Assembly: GCA_002729765.1 (NCBI GenBank)
Contig: PBYV01000081.1
Coordinates: 10,377 to 74,376 of the forward strand
Length of the DNA: 64,000 bases
Source: Acidimicrobiaceae bacterium
GTDB lineage: Bacteria > Actinomycetota > Acidimicrobiia > Acidimicrobiales > MedAcidi-G1
Reading direction: 5' to 3'
This document shows positions 40,025 through 49,358 of the stretch, in pieces. Each line of letters begins with the position of its first letter. Positions within the stretch are counted from its first letter, which is position 1. A program made the translations under genes and the position numbers. The notes below the pieces were generated by a model that saw only the letters and a list, made by a program, of their open reading frames with translations, did not search any database and was not told the DNA's origin.

Positions 40025-40600
40025 TTAAGTTACTGTTAATGTTACCGCAGTTAATCCTGAAAGAACTAATAATGCAGCTGTAGTAGTTCCACCAACTGTA
40101 GTATCAGAAATTGTTCCGCCAGCAAGTAAAACGTTAGCTCCACCTAATGTAAGAACATCGCTTGTTGCAACTGTTTCAGATGCTTTGGTGAACGTAAGTC
40201 TATTCGTTCCGGAACCTGAAGCATAAACACAAACATGTGGTCCTCGACCTGATCCGGTTCCTTGGTTTCCATTAGCAATGGAAACTGTAGGTGATCCGAC
40301 AACTGTAACTCTTTCATCCCAAGTGATCTGAACAGATATTGTTCGTGATCCACCTGTGATTGCAGAAGCTGTAAATCTCATTGATGTAATAGATGGTGCG
40401 GCAAGTGCGGTACCAAGACCACCCATTGCAACTAGAATCTCTGGGGATGCTGAAGCATTTTTACTGGCTTTAGTATTAATAACCCAGCCATTGTCAGCGC
40501 CATAGATATCTTGTTTATTGTATATTGCACCTTCTGTGGTACCTATATATTTTGGTTTTTGCGCCTGTGTACCAGCAGCGGCTTTTCCCCATAGAGGCAT
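40025..40600 (-). CDS. Putative virion structural protein
   Basis: MPLWG N-terminus, GWV...E.LVAM, Ig-like beta-rich C-terminus (YASGSGTNRLTF); AAGGAG SD. Confidence 0.7.
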   Translation of the reverse strand: MPLWGKAAAGTQAQKPKYIGTTEGAIYNKQDIYGADNGWVINTKASKNASASPEILVAMGGLGTALAAPSITSMRFTASAITGGSRTISVQITWDERVTVVGSPTVSIANGNQGTGSGRGPHVCVYASGSGTNRLTFTKASETVATSDVLTLGGANVLLAGGTISDTTVGGTTTAALLVLSGLTAVTLTVT

Positions 40601-40625
40601 GAATTCTCCTTATTAATTTATAAAA

Positions 40626-40633
40626 TATTTATA
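40626..40633 (-). promoter_or_regulatory. T4-type late promoter TATAAATA
   Basis: Exact motif 25 nt upstream of the structural gene start at 40600. Confidence 0.65.
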
Positions 40634-41372
40634 ACAATTTTTTAAATTCATTCATAGATATCGTATCTATGTTAGAAATATCTTTATTAAAGCATTTCTC
40701 TTCCTGAACATGTATAAAATCTATTTCAGGAAAATGTTCGGTAAACATTACTTCAAAATTCTGAATCCATCCCTTAGCCTGAACCGGTAAAGCATAACTC
40801 GGAGCATAACAATCTGTATCTTTATAAATGTTGTTTACTTTTCCTTTATTTATGTTAAAATCAAAGCCAACTAAGTATACCTTGTCGGGTTTTTCATTCT
40901 CACAACATAACCAAGTTGCAAGTGGCCCTGAATCTAACATAGGTATATGTTTTTTATCATCCACTACATCTATCTTATCTTCTTCTGATACCCATGTGAA
41001 CCAATAACAAGGTTCTTCAGCTAAATCCATTGTCTGGGTATCATCATGAAAAACTCTACTGATCTCTTGTCCGTAGTGAGCGAATTTATAACCTGTGTTC
41101 GCGTTTTCTTCTACTTTTCTTCCCGGAATTATTGATTGCCGAAAAACTGGATACATTTCGGGATCCAGTAATGTAAAATTTCTAAACCAACAATGATTTG
41201 ACTTTGGATATTGGGATTCTACTATTTCATGTAGCATCTTATTATCAATACAAATGAGATGGGATGGATTCCAATCTCTGTACATTGCATTGCAACCGTA
41301 AGTCGTATGTTCTAATAATATATCGAGGTTTAAGTCTTTACGACTTTCCCCATTTCCAATCACTATATGCAT
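40629..41372 (-). CDS. Hypothetical protein, Maf/sialyltransferase-like Rossmann fold
   Basis: VIGNGESR, YGCNAMYR, SG..A......VYLVGFD, NNIYKDT.CY. Confidence 0.55.
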   Translation of the reverse strand: MHIVIGNGESRKDLNLDILLEHTTYGCNAMYRDWNPSHLICIDNKMLHEIVESQYPKSNHCWFRNFTLLDPEMYPVFRQSIIPGRKVEENANTGYKFAHYGQEISRVFHDDTQTMDLAEEPCYWFTWVSEEDKIDVVDDKKHIPMLDSGPLATWLCCENEKPDKVYLVGFDFNINKGKVNNIYKDTDCYAPSYALPVQAKGWIQNFEVMFTEHFPEIDFIHVQEEKCFNKDISNIDTISMNEFKKLL

Positions 41373-41378
41373 ATTTGT

Positions 41379-44324
41379 TTATTGCTGCGCCTCTGCTGGC
41401 TTAGATCCCATAGGTACTGCTGGTCTAGGTGACGCATATGAATAAGCATCTCCAACTCTTGAAATTTGACCGGCTTCCACCATGTCATCTAACATTTTTT
41501 GGACTTCCATTGGACTACATCTCAAAGCTCTGGCGATAGATGAAGCCGAAGCAGGCTTATCATCAACAGCAAATTCAGCACCCGCAGGCTCCCCATCAAT
41601 GCTAGCATAAGAACTACGGAACAATTCCAAAATCTGATCATGTAAAGGATTAGTGTTACCTTCGTTCATTTTACTTTTGTATTTTCGTACAAAAGCAAGT
41701 CCTGTACTTTCTTTTTTCATTTTATCCTCATCTGGATTCATTTCAACTTTATTGTTGACTTTGCCGCTTTCTTTTACTTTGGAAGAATCTTCTTCTTTGT
41801 CTTCCATTGCTTTAGAAATTGCTTTTCTTTTTTTATGTAAAAACTCATCAGAATCATCAGTATCACCATCGTTGTCGATGTCTGGATCTTTTCTGTCTTT
41901 TACTGATTTCTTTTTCAAAGCCATAGGTTGAACCGCATCTAATCCATCACCATCATCTGACTTATTATTCTTATTGGTTTCATTAGTTATATCGACCTCT
42001 ACTGGTTGTCTCTTACCTAGAATTTCTTTAGCCTTTTCATAGGCTAATTTTTTAATCTTTTCTTTGAAGATTCTACGTCTAGCATCGAGTCTTTCGATTG
42101 ATTCTTCTTCTTCAATACTCGGACTTCCTGGTTCGTAACTTCCTGCGAGGGCGGAAAGAGCTGTTCCACCAACGTTCAATAATTTTCCTCTTGTCGAAGT
42201 TTTTACACCCTGTTTAAGAGAGGGATCATCTTGTACTGGTTTTCCCTTATCATTCTTTTTCGGATCTGCAATCGGTTTATCTTTTTTTATAGCCGTAGCT
42301 GTATCAGATGAATCCTTCGCACCTTTTTCCGCGGCATCTTGTTTTTCCCTTGCGGCTGCAGTAGGATCTTCTTTCTTCTTCGGATCTTCTTTCTGCTTCT
42401 TACCCAACTTGTCTTTGGTGACTTTATTCCACGCCTTTTTTAATAAACCAGGGCCCTTTTTGGCCTGCCTTTCAGCATCTTTCTTTTTCAAATCTGCAAT
42501 ATCGGAAACATTCTTATCATGTTGTTGTGCTTTAGCTTCCCTGTTCCGCCTTTTATCGGCATCTTTCTGAGCCCTTCTCTGCTTCCAACTATCAATTGGC
42601 CTCGTGATGGCATCTGGTAATTCCGCTAGCAATTCATCTTCATCCAAATTTTGATTGAAAAGAGCATCAACTGCTGCTTGTTCGTCTTCGTTAAAAGAAT
42701 TATAAACTCTGACAATTTCATCGATGGTTTCATTCTCTAATTGTTCTGTTAAATCTGAATCATCTTCAATGAATGTTTTTGAAGCTTTCTCTAAATCTTC
42801 CAACTCACACTCATCTGCTAATTTTTGAACTTCAGGTGAGGGTGCGTCAATTGTTCCCATCTTAGTAGCATAAGCAAGAGAAACCAATCTACGTTCTGTA
42901 TTTTTAATTAATCTCTCTCCAATTTCTCCCCATGTCATTCCTTGATATTTTTTATACATCTCAGCAAGAATGAATCTGTGAGAAGGGATTTCACATGTAT
43001 CATATTCTTCGGTTTTCATTTTCTTCATAACCGAATTAGCAATTTTCTGATCGGTCATCAAAACCATTAGAATACTTTGTCGTGCATCTTCTGACATCTT
43101 ATCTAAGTAAGGTGCTAATTTATCATATTGTTTTTTAGATACTAACGAAGCTGCGCCTTCAATCGAGAGCCCATCTTTTCCTCTAATGGCTTTAGCTAAT
43201 TCTTTAATTTGTCCCGCCATTGCTTGTGATGTAGGCATTTCTTTAGATTCTGTTTGATCACACCATCCACAATGTTCTTCGATATTATGATAATTATTAA
43301 ATACTTTTGTAGCCCATTCCATAGTAGTTACTGTATCTTGTTCCTTGGAAAAATCTGGCTCTTCTATTCCTTTTACCTTCTTCTTCAAATTATCATCTCT
43401 GTAATCTTTTCTATTATGTTTCCTTTTCTGATTCAATCTTTTTTCATCAACTGGGTACCAACTTTCTCTTTTAGCGCGCCAAGCATCTCGGTCTCTTTCT
43501 TGCTTATCTTTTGGCGCTGGTATATTTACTTTTTTCTTTTCGGGTTCTTTTTTCTTCCCTGCTTGATGATATGCATATGCATCATCACCTTGAGCAAAAG
43601 CTGCTCTTGCATCATCTTGCGCATCTTCCGTTCTATCAGCAGCAGCACTTGCGGCTTTTGCGGCTGATCCTGGTTTATCGCCTTTCTTAGGGTTCTGCTT
43701 TCTATCAGCATAAGCATCGAATTTTCTTCCTCGCTTTGCTCCTGCTGATGGCCTTGGATCTGACGCTGTACCGTCACTTCTGTCTACTCCTGAAGCGGCT
43801 CTATCTGCCATTGCAGCACTTATTTCATCGACAGGTTCAATATCGGTGTTATCTTCCTTTTTAAAAGCTGTATTCCGTTGGTTGACATCGACAGCGGCAC
43901 TGAATTTTCCGGCTTGTTTCTCTCTCTTTGCTGCCTTTTTACCGTGGAATCCTGTGTCTGTTCCTCGTCTTTTTGCCCAATCTTGTGCGTCTCTTTGTAA
44001 TGCAGCATCCTTCTTTGCTGCACCTGCTGCGCGTTGTAATATACCGCCGGGTTCTTTTGAGAGTTCATCAACAACTTCTCCTGCTCTTGCCCTTTTAAGC
44101 TTAGCTTGAGTTTCTGGAGAAGAAGGAGTTTCTCTAGCCTTCTTCCTTCTCTCTGATTCTTTTCTTTTATTATCATACATATCTATGCCGGATGAATCAA
44201 CTTCATTAACTGATGTATCATTGGCGTTATCTTCAACAGGAGCGATTTTCTTTTCCAGAATCTGTTTAACATCTTCAGCTGTTATCGCACTATAATTTGC
44301 GGGATAATATTTTGACCAATCCAT
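41379..44324 (-). CDS. Large charged head-associated protein
   Basis: 981 aa, low-complexity K/E/A/D, repeated V(D/N)E sites, DIDNDGDTDDSDEFLHKKRKAI motif, C-terminal wHTH-like segment. Confidence 0.65.
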   Translation of the reverse strand: MDWSKYYPANYSAITAEDVKQILEKKIAPVEDNANDTSVNEVDSSGIDMYDNKRKESERRKKARETPSSPETQAKLKRARAGEVVDELSKEPGGILQRAAGAAKKDAALQRDAQDWAKRRGTDTGFHGKKAAKREKQAGKFSAAVDVNQRNTAFKKEDNTDIEPVDEISAAMADRAASGVDRSDGTASDPRPSAGAKRGRKFDAYADRKQNPKKGDKPGSAAKAASAAADRTEDAQDDARAAFAQGDDAYAYHQAGKKKEPEKKKVNIPAPKDKQERDRDAWRAKRESWYPVDEKRLNQKRKHNRKDYRDDNLKKKVKGIEEPDFSKEQDTVTTMEWATKVFNNYHNIEEHCGWCDQTESKEMPTSQAMAGQIKELAKAIRGKDGLSIEGAASLVSKKQYDKLAPYLDKMSEDARQSILMVLMTDQKIANSVMKKMKTEEYDTCEIPSHRFILAEMYKKYQGMTWGEIGERLIKNTERRLVSLAYATKMGTIDAPSPEVQKLADECELEDLEKASKTFIEDDSDLTEQLENETIDEIVRVYNSFNEDEQAAVDALFNQNLDEDELLAELPDAITRPIDSWKQRRAQKDADKRRNREAKAQQHDKNVSDIADLKKKDAERQAKKGPGLLKKAWNKVTKDKLGKKQKEDPKKKEDPTAAAREKQDAAEKGAKDSSDTATAIKKDKPIADPKKNDKGKPVQDDPSLKQGVKTSTRGKLLNVGGTALSALAGSYEPGSPSIEEEESIERLDARRRIFKEKIKKLAYEKAKEILGKRQPVEVDITNETNKNNKSDDGDGLDAVQPMALKKKSVKDRKDPDIDNDGDTDDSDEFLHKKRKAISKAMEDKEEDSSKVKESGKVNNKVEMNPDEDKMKKESTGLAFVRKYKSKMNEGNTNPLHDQILELFRSSYASIDGEPAGAEFAVDDKPASASSIARALRCSPMEVQKMLDDMVEAGQISRVGDAYSYASPRPAVPMGSKPAEAQQ

Positions 44325-45706
44325 TACTTGCTCCTACTTGCAATTATTTTAGAAAGAATTTTTTTATATCTTTCTGTTTGTTGTATTCTTTTTTTATCTA
44401 ACTCTGATTCCAACTCCTGTCCCGGAGTCAAATCTACGCAGTATCTTTTATATTTATCTGTTCCGATTTCTAACTGTTGGCCTTCTCCGGCCCGTTCTTT
44501 ATTCCATTCCTTTAATCCAAGAAGCTTTTGTAATTTATTGCTAACAGGATCTTTTAAATCAACTTCATTTACAGGTAATTTATCTACCATTTCATGTAGA
44601 TATGAAAAATCCGCCCTGTTAAAATCAATCATTCCAGATCCTTCATCTAATACTACAATATAATCATTTGTCTTTTTGATGTTTTCTCTCAATTTCGAAA
44701 GTTGCCAAAGCCGAGCCCTTTCTGTTATCTCTGTAAGACTATCAAAAAACTCATTACATTCTTTTAAACATCCTTTAATATAATCAACTTCTCTTGAGCT
44801 ATACGGTAACGTTTTAATATATTCAAATATTTTAGCAGCCTTATCATCTACATGATATACTTCTCCTTCAAATTCAACTTTTTCTATCCATAGAGATTCA
44901 TCAACATCCGTCTTCGGCAACGTGACGGGCTTTTGTTTTGGCATCATTTTACCTATAAAAGCATTCGACTGTGCTGTGCTATCCTTCTTACTCGGACTAG
45001 GTAATTTCTTAGTCTTCCATTGTGGTCGCTTTATATCTGCATTGGGAACACCAACGTGATCAAGTTTTTCTTTTATCTGTTTTTCCATAACACTTAGTTT
45101 CATTTGTTTTCTTAATGCTTGATACAAGCTTCTTTTATCTCTTTCGCTTAAAGTATCTGGTAAACCCGTTTTAAATGCGTCGAAATCGCTATCTACAGCA
45201 AGAGATCTTAGTTTAGATGCTGACATACCGGAAGCGTCATCTGCATCGGGGTCTCTTTCACCAGCACTTTCTACATCTATCTGCTTAAAATTATAAAAAC
45301 CATGAGGCTTATCTTCAACATTATTATATTGAGGTAATAGCTTTTTAAATTGATTTACTCTATCACTACCTACAACCATAACAACATGTTCGAATCCTTC
45401 ATCATGTAATAATGAAAGAACTTGCAATACATCTGCAGGTTTTTTATTTGAATAATTGAAAATGTTTTGACCCTTTACTTTGAACATTTTCTTCATCCAT
45501 TTGATTTTTTCTTTATAATCTAATGGATTCTTTTTTTTATCCTGCGTGGAACTTGCGAAAACAAATGCATCTGATCTATTTCGTTTAGCTACAGTCGCTA
45601 CTTTATCAACCAAAATCTCATGCCCGATAGTGGGCGGATTAAATCTTCCAAAAGTAAATACAGCGGTCTGTAAATTTCCTTCGCGTAATCTGGAGAATGT
45701 TGTCAT
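44324..45706 (-). CDS. Phage cytidylyltransferase-like (HxGH) nucleotidyltransferase
   Basis: FTFGRFNPPTIGH, KNPL, VGSDRV, SAGERDPDA..ASGMSASK.R. Confidence 0.85.
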   Translation of the reverse strand: MTTFSRLREGNLQTAVFTFGRFNPPTIGHEILVDKVATVAKRNRSDAFVFASSTQDKKKNPLDYKEKIKWMKKMFKVKGQNIFNYSNKKPADVLQVLSLLHDEGFEHVVMVVGSDRVNQFKKLLPQYNNVEDKPHGFYNFKQIDVESAGERDPDADDASGMSASKLRSLAVDSDFDAFKTGLPDTLSERDKRSLYQALRKQMKLSVMEKQIKEKLDHVGVPNADIKRPQWKTKKLPSPSKKDSTAQSNAFIGKMMPKQKPVTLPKTDVDESLWIEKVEFEGEVYHVDDKAAKIFEYIKTLPYSSREVDYIKGCLKECNEFFDSLTEITERARLWQLSKLRENIKKTNDYIVVLDEGSGMIDFNRADFSYLHEMVDKLPVNEVDLKDPVSNKLQKLLGLKEWNKERAGEGQQLEIGTDKYKRYCVDLTPGQELESELDKKRIQQTERYKKILSKIIASRSK

Positions 45707-45942
45707 TCTTTCTCTTCGATCTCTTTCTTGAGTTCTTGTTCTGGATTTACAACTTTAGTTATATAAGCATCAGCAACGGATTTATTCGCGCTTTGCTCTT
45801 TCATATCTGTAACTTGTTTTTGATCCCATCCAGCCAGGAATCCTTGGGCTTTTTTATCTGCGATTCTTTTCACGGATTGTGCTAAATTACTATACTCTCC
45901 TGAAAAAGGACCATCACCAAAATAATTAATCTTCTCAGCCAC
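45703..45942 (-). CDS. Hypothetical protein
   Basis: 79 aa, GTG start behind AGGAG, coupled to both neighbours. Confidence 0.55.
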   Translation of the reverse strand: MAEKINYFGDGPFSGEYSNLAQSVKRIADKKAQGFLAGWDQKQVTDMKEQSANKSVADAYITKVVNPEQELKKEIEEKE

Positions 45943-46195
45943 TATGTTCTCCTATTTCTTTAATTAAATATGCTTTAGTTTTTCGTCTATCCAATTCAAG
46001 ACCAATAGTTCTTCCATATTCCTCTAGTTCACGTTTATTCATCAACTTTAAAGGTTTAGTCGGAGGATGTTGTTTTGATAATTGTTCCTGTGCTTGAAAC
46101 AACATATCTTCATCTTTATCACTCCTGTGATCTTTTCTTGGTGCACCTTCTGGCCATCCTGCTAACCATGAAGTGAATCTTGTCCATAATGACAT
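45935..46195 (-). CDS. Hypothetical protein with Rho-N/HeH-like C-terminus
   Basis: MNKRELEEYGRTIGLELDRRKTKAYLI; AGGAG SD. Confidence 0.6.
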   Translation of the reverse strand: MSLWTRFTSWLAGWPEGAPRKDHRSDKDEDMLFQAQEQLSKQHPPTKPLKLMNKRELEEYGRTIGLELDRRKTKAYLIKEIGEHSG

Positions 46196-46203
46196 TTTTT
46201 CTC

Positions 46204-47256
46204 CTATTTCACCGAACCATTATCTATATATTCTTGAAAATGATTTAAATTATTTAATAGATTATCTAATCCATTATTTTTTATAAATGTTGTTAAAACT
46301 TTCCCCTTTAATGCTATTTGAGGAACTGAATGCACACCAGTATGTTCTGGGTGCTTAACAAACATAAAATTTACATTATCTCCCATAGGTCTTTGTATAG
46401 TACAATTTAAAACCTTTGGCGATGTTAAAAATATGATATTTGTGTTTTTATAACTAAAATCGATTTTCAAATCTAAAATATTTAAATATGATCTCGCCAA
46501 ACATATAAAAACTATATCATACTCATTCGTTGTTATCAACTTATCTAATGTTTCTCGTACTTTCGTATCTCTACCGAATCTAACAGCATCACGTTTATCT
46601 ATGCTATTATAGGAATTATTATAATGATTAATTTTAGTAAATCCTTCAATTAACCCATAACCAGCAGATAAAATATAAAAATCTATTTTATTTTTATATA
46701 CTTCATTAGATTCAAAAAGCGTTGTTCCTTTTAACGGACTATCTAAGAATTTCTTATAAATTCTCATTTCTTTGCCGTCATATAAATCTATGGCACTTTG
46801 TTTATTTTCTGATAATCGTTTAGATTTAGAACATTGAGCTACTATTAAAATCTTTTTACCAGTTTCTTCAATTTTTGGTAATTCAAAATCTAATTCTTTA
46901 TACCCATTAATAAATTCTTCATATTTAATAGCTCGACTATCTTGATACGCCTTTGTAGTCTTTTTTGCTAATTCCTTATCATAATAAAAAGTTTCAACAT
47001 CTTCATTTCCAGTATAAACAAAATATCGTTCATCCTTAATATAAAAAAAATCTCCCGCGTCTCCCAGAGTGGCTCTTTTCGGATTATTAGCAACTAATTT
47101 ATGTATTAATATACTTATATAGTTCCTACTAAAACCATGATCTTTTAGCCTAGGAAATAAATTATCTAGTATCTCACTAAATTCTAAACCATTTATTAAT
47201 TCCGGTGACTTATCAATTATTTTCTTGATCCGGCCTTGACCAGAAGTTTCTTTCAT
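46204..47256 (-). CDS. Hypothetical protein with YaaA/DUF6884-like C-terminal domain
   Basis: AQCSKSK...AIDLYDG...YILSAGYGLI....I..YN. Confidence 0.55.
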   Translation of the reverse strand: MKETSGQGRIKKIIDKSPELINGLEFSEILDNLFPRLKDHGFSRNYISILIHKLVANNPKRATLGDAGDFFYIKDERYFVYTGNEDVETFYYDKELAKKTTKAYQDSRAIKYEEFINGYKELDFELPKIEETGKKILIVAQCSKSKRLSENKQSAIDLYDGKEMRIYKKFLDSPLKGTTLFESNEVYKNKIDFYILSAGYGLIEGFTKINHYNNSYNSIDKRDAVRFGRDTKVRETLDKLITTNEYDIVFICLARSYLNILDLKIDFSYKNTNIIFLTSPKVLNCTIQRPMGDNVNFMFVKHPEHTGVHSVPQIALKGKVLTTFIKNNGLDNLLNNLNHFQEYIDNGSVK

Positions 47257-47262
47257 AATATT

Positions 47263-47871
47263 TTATGCTTTAAAAGTCGAAGTATTCCCATTCTTTTTTA
47301 CTAAATATGCTTCAAAGTCTACATCCGGATATTTTTTTGAGAGAGACATAAAAGAATTTAAATTTTCTTTAGAATCATCAAACAACCTAATTCTTTTATA
47401 CATCCCTGACTTTAAATATTTTTGAAAAATAACTTTTTTATTCTTTGCTGCAGAACCTAAATTTAAATTTCCTGCTCGTTCTACGTATATCTTATCGATA
47501 TCTATTCCATGGGCTCTGAATGTATCTAAAAAAGTATCCCTGTCGTCAAAATCTGATCTCGCAGTAGCCATTATAACTTTAGAACCTCTCGGTATGGCAT
47601 TTTTTACTATAGCCTTAGCCTTTGCAATCATCTTTCCAATTGGTGTAGAAGTTTGTCTAAAAAGCTTTGCTGATCTGAACTCCCCAAAATCAAACTCTTC
47701 ACCCGCTTTGAGTTTATATGTATTAAACTCTTGATTATTTAATGTATGAATAATCTCATCATTCTTTTTTACAAAGACCTTTGCCTTTGTATGAAAAAGG
47801 GTATCATCTATATCAAAAATAGTTAATCCCTTATTCGCTGATTCTTCCAGATATTGTAAAAAAGATTTCAT
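47263..47871 (-). CDS. HAD-family phosphatase (polynucleotide 3'-phosphatase-like) with capsid-targeting-like N-terminus
   Basis: MKSFLQYLEE; IFDIDDTL, ATAR, K, LFDDS. Confidence 0.75.
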   Translation of the reverse strand: MKSFLQYLEESANKGLTIFDIDDTLFHTKAKVFVKKNDEIIHTLNNQEFNTYKLKAGEEFDFGEFRSAKLFRQTSTPIGKMIAKAKAIVKNAIPRGSKVIMATARSDFDDRDTFLDTFRAHGIDIDKIYVERAGNLNLGSAAKNKKVIFQKYLKSGMYKRIRLFDDSKENLNSFMSLSKKYPDVDFEAYLVKKNGNTSTFKA

Positions 47872-48134
47872 TATTGATCGCGGTTAACTCTCGCATCAGA
47901 ACCCTCTTCTATTGCGCGGAACATATCTTGCAACATTGGGGGAATCCTTCGCATATTAGATTGCTTACCAAACTTCTCCATATAGTCTTCGTAAATTTGG
48001 GCTAATTTATTTTTATACCGATCTGGACTTTTTTCAATGCATTCCATCAGAGCATCTGTTAATTTTTCTGACCATTGAGATCCCTCTTCTAATGGTTCAG
48101 ATTGTTTTGTAAAAATAGGTCTCATTGGTCCCAA
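47871..48134 (-). CDS. Hypothetical protein
   Basis: 87 aa ORF overlapping both neighbours. Confidence 0.55.
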   Translation of the reverse strand: MGPMRPIFTKQSEPLEEGSQWSEKLTDALMECIEKSPDRYKNKLAQIYEDYMEKFGKQSNMRRIPPMLQDMFRAIEEGSDARVNRDQ

Positions 48135-49357
48135 TCCTTTTCTGCGGTGAAATTTATTCTACTAAATTCCATCCGGTTAACTAATTTTAAACCCTTTTGA
48201 TTATCAAAAGTATCAATAGCTACAAAACCTTCTGGCTTAGTTACTTTATAACCATATGGTGTTCTTATAAAGGTTTTTGTTATACCTTTGACTTCTTCTA
48301 ACTTCTCAACTATAAAAAGTTTTATATTGTTTATTAATGACATTAATCGAAATATGATCTCTATTTGATCCATGGAACCGTTTAAGGTTTTCATATATCC
48401 ATCAACAGTCATTTGTTTTCTTTGCCTACCTCTTTCAGACTTTAACTTCCCAACCTCTTTCTGCATTTTATTCTCAATCCATTTAACACAATCTTTTGCT
48501 GATTTTTTATAATTGTCAACAAATTCGCCTTCTCTAACTTTTGTGTTCATGAAAGTTTTAATGTGTGTTCTAATAATATTATCTTTTGATATATTATCTA
48601 AAAATCTTCCATTAACTTTATTAAAATCTTTTCCTAATTCGGAAAGCATTTTAGTAACTTTGGTAGTATCTGATTCAGTAAATGTCGCGGTCCCACTTAA
48701 ATCAGTAAAGTCGGCATTAACTGCCCAAACATCTTTATGTGATGACCATTGATTTATATCTGCCCCAAATTCAGCTTTAAGATCAGTTAAGTCTTCTTGT
48801 CCTGCTGTTCTATATGTTGTATGAAAAACAATCCCAACTTCTGCGGCAATAATTTGTTTAGCCAATTCAGTATTTAAAGGAACCGCATATGTTATAGTAT
48901 TAGGTGTAAAAGTAATACTCTTTTCATTATCGATTGTCTGTATCTTCTTTTCTTTATTGGTGGTCCAAAGAACATCGCCTTGAAAAATATTACCTGGAAT
49001 CTTTAACTTAGGTAAGTGTTCTAATAAAGCACTCATTTTAGGATGAAGTGGACTTCCAACAAAGTGTTCGTCTATGTCCGATTGAGTAAAACATGGACGC
49101 CTCATCGATTTATAATCAACGAAGAATTTACCATTAGGATGAATGCCTGCGCATATAGCGGGTGCACCATCCCATTTAACTGTAACATTAACAGCTTCTC
49201 TATTATTACCAGCCAACATATCTCTTAGTGATCTTAAAAAATTAATAGCACCTCTAGTACCATTAACACCACCATTCAACACCTCATCTTCGAGATGTTC
49301 CATATGAAGATTTTTTCCTGAAGCTTCTACAAGAAACTGCTTATAAGATTTCATCAA
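48122..49357 (-). CDS. Conserved T4-like protein with ligase-type nucleotidyltransferase motifs and capsid-targeting-like N-terminus
   Basis: MMKSYKQFLVE; KN.HMEH.ED; motif I TVKWDG, FQGD, motif IV PEGFV, motif V KLVNR. Confidence 0.65.
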   Translation of the reverse strand: MMKSYKQFLVEASGKNLHMEHLEDEVLNGGVNGTRGAINFLRSLRDMLAGNNREAVNVTVKWDGAPAICAGIHPNGKFFVDYKSMRRPCFTQSDIDEHFVGSPLHPKMSALLEHLPKLKIPGNIFQGDVLWTTNKEKKIQTIDNEKSITFTPNTITYAVPLNTELAKQIIAAEVGIVFHTTYRTAGQEDLTDLKAEFGADINQWSSHKDVWAVNADFTDLSGTATFTESDTTKVTKMLSELGKDFNKVNGRFLDNISKDNIIRTHIKTFMNTKVREGEFVDNYKKSAKDCVKWIENKMQKEVGKLKSERGRQRKQMTVDGYMKTLNGSMDQIEIIFRLMSLINNIKLFIVEKLEEVKGITKTFIRTPYGYKVTKPEGFVAIDTFDNQKGLKLVNRMEFSRINFTAEKDWDQ

Positions 49358-49358
49358 A

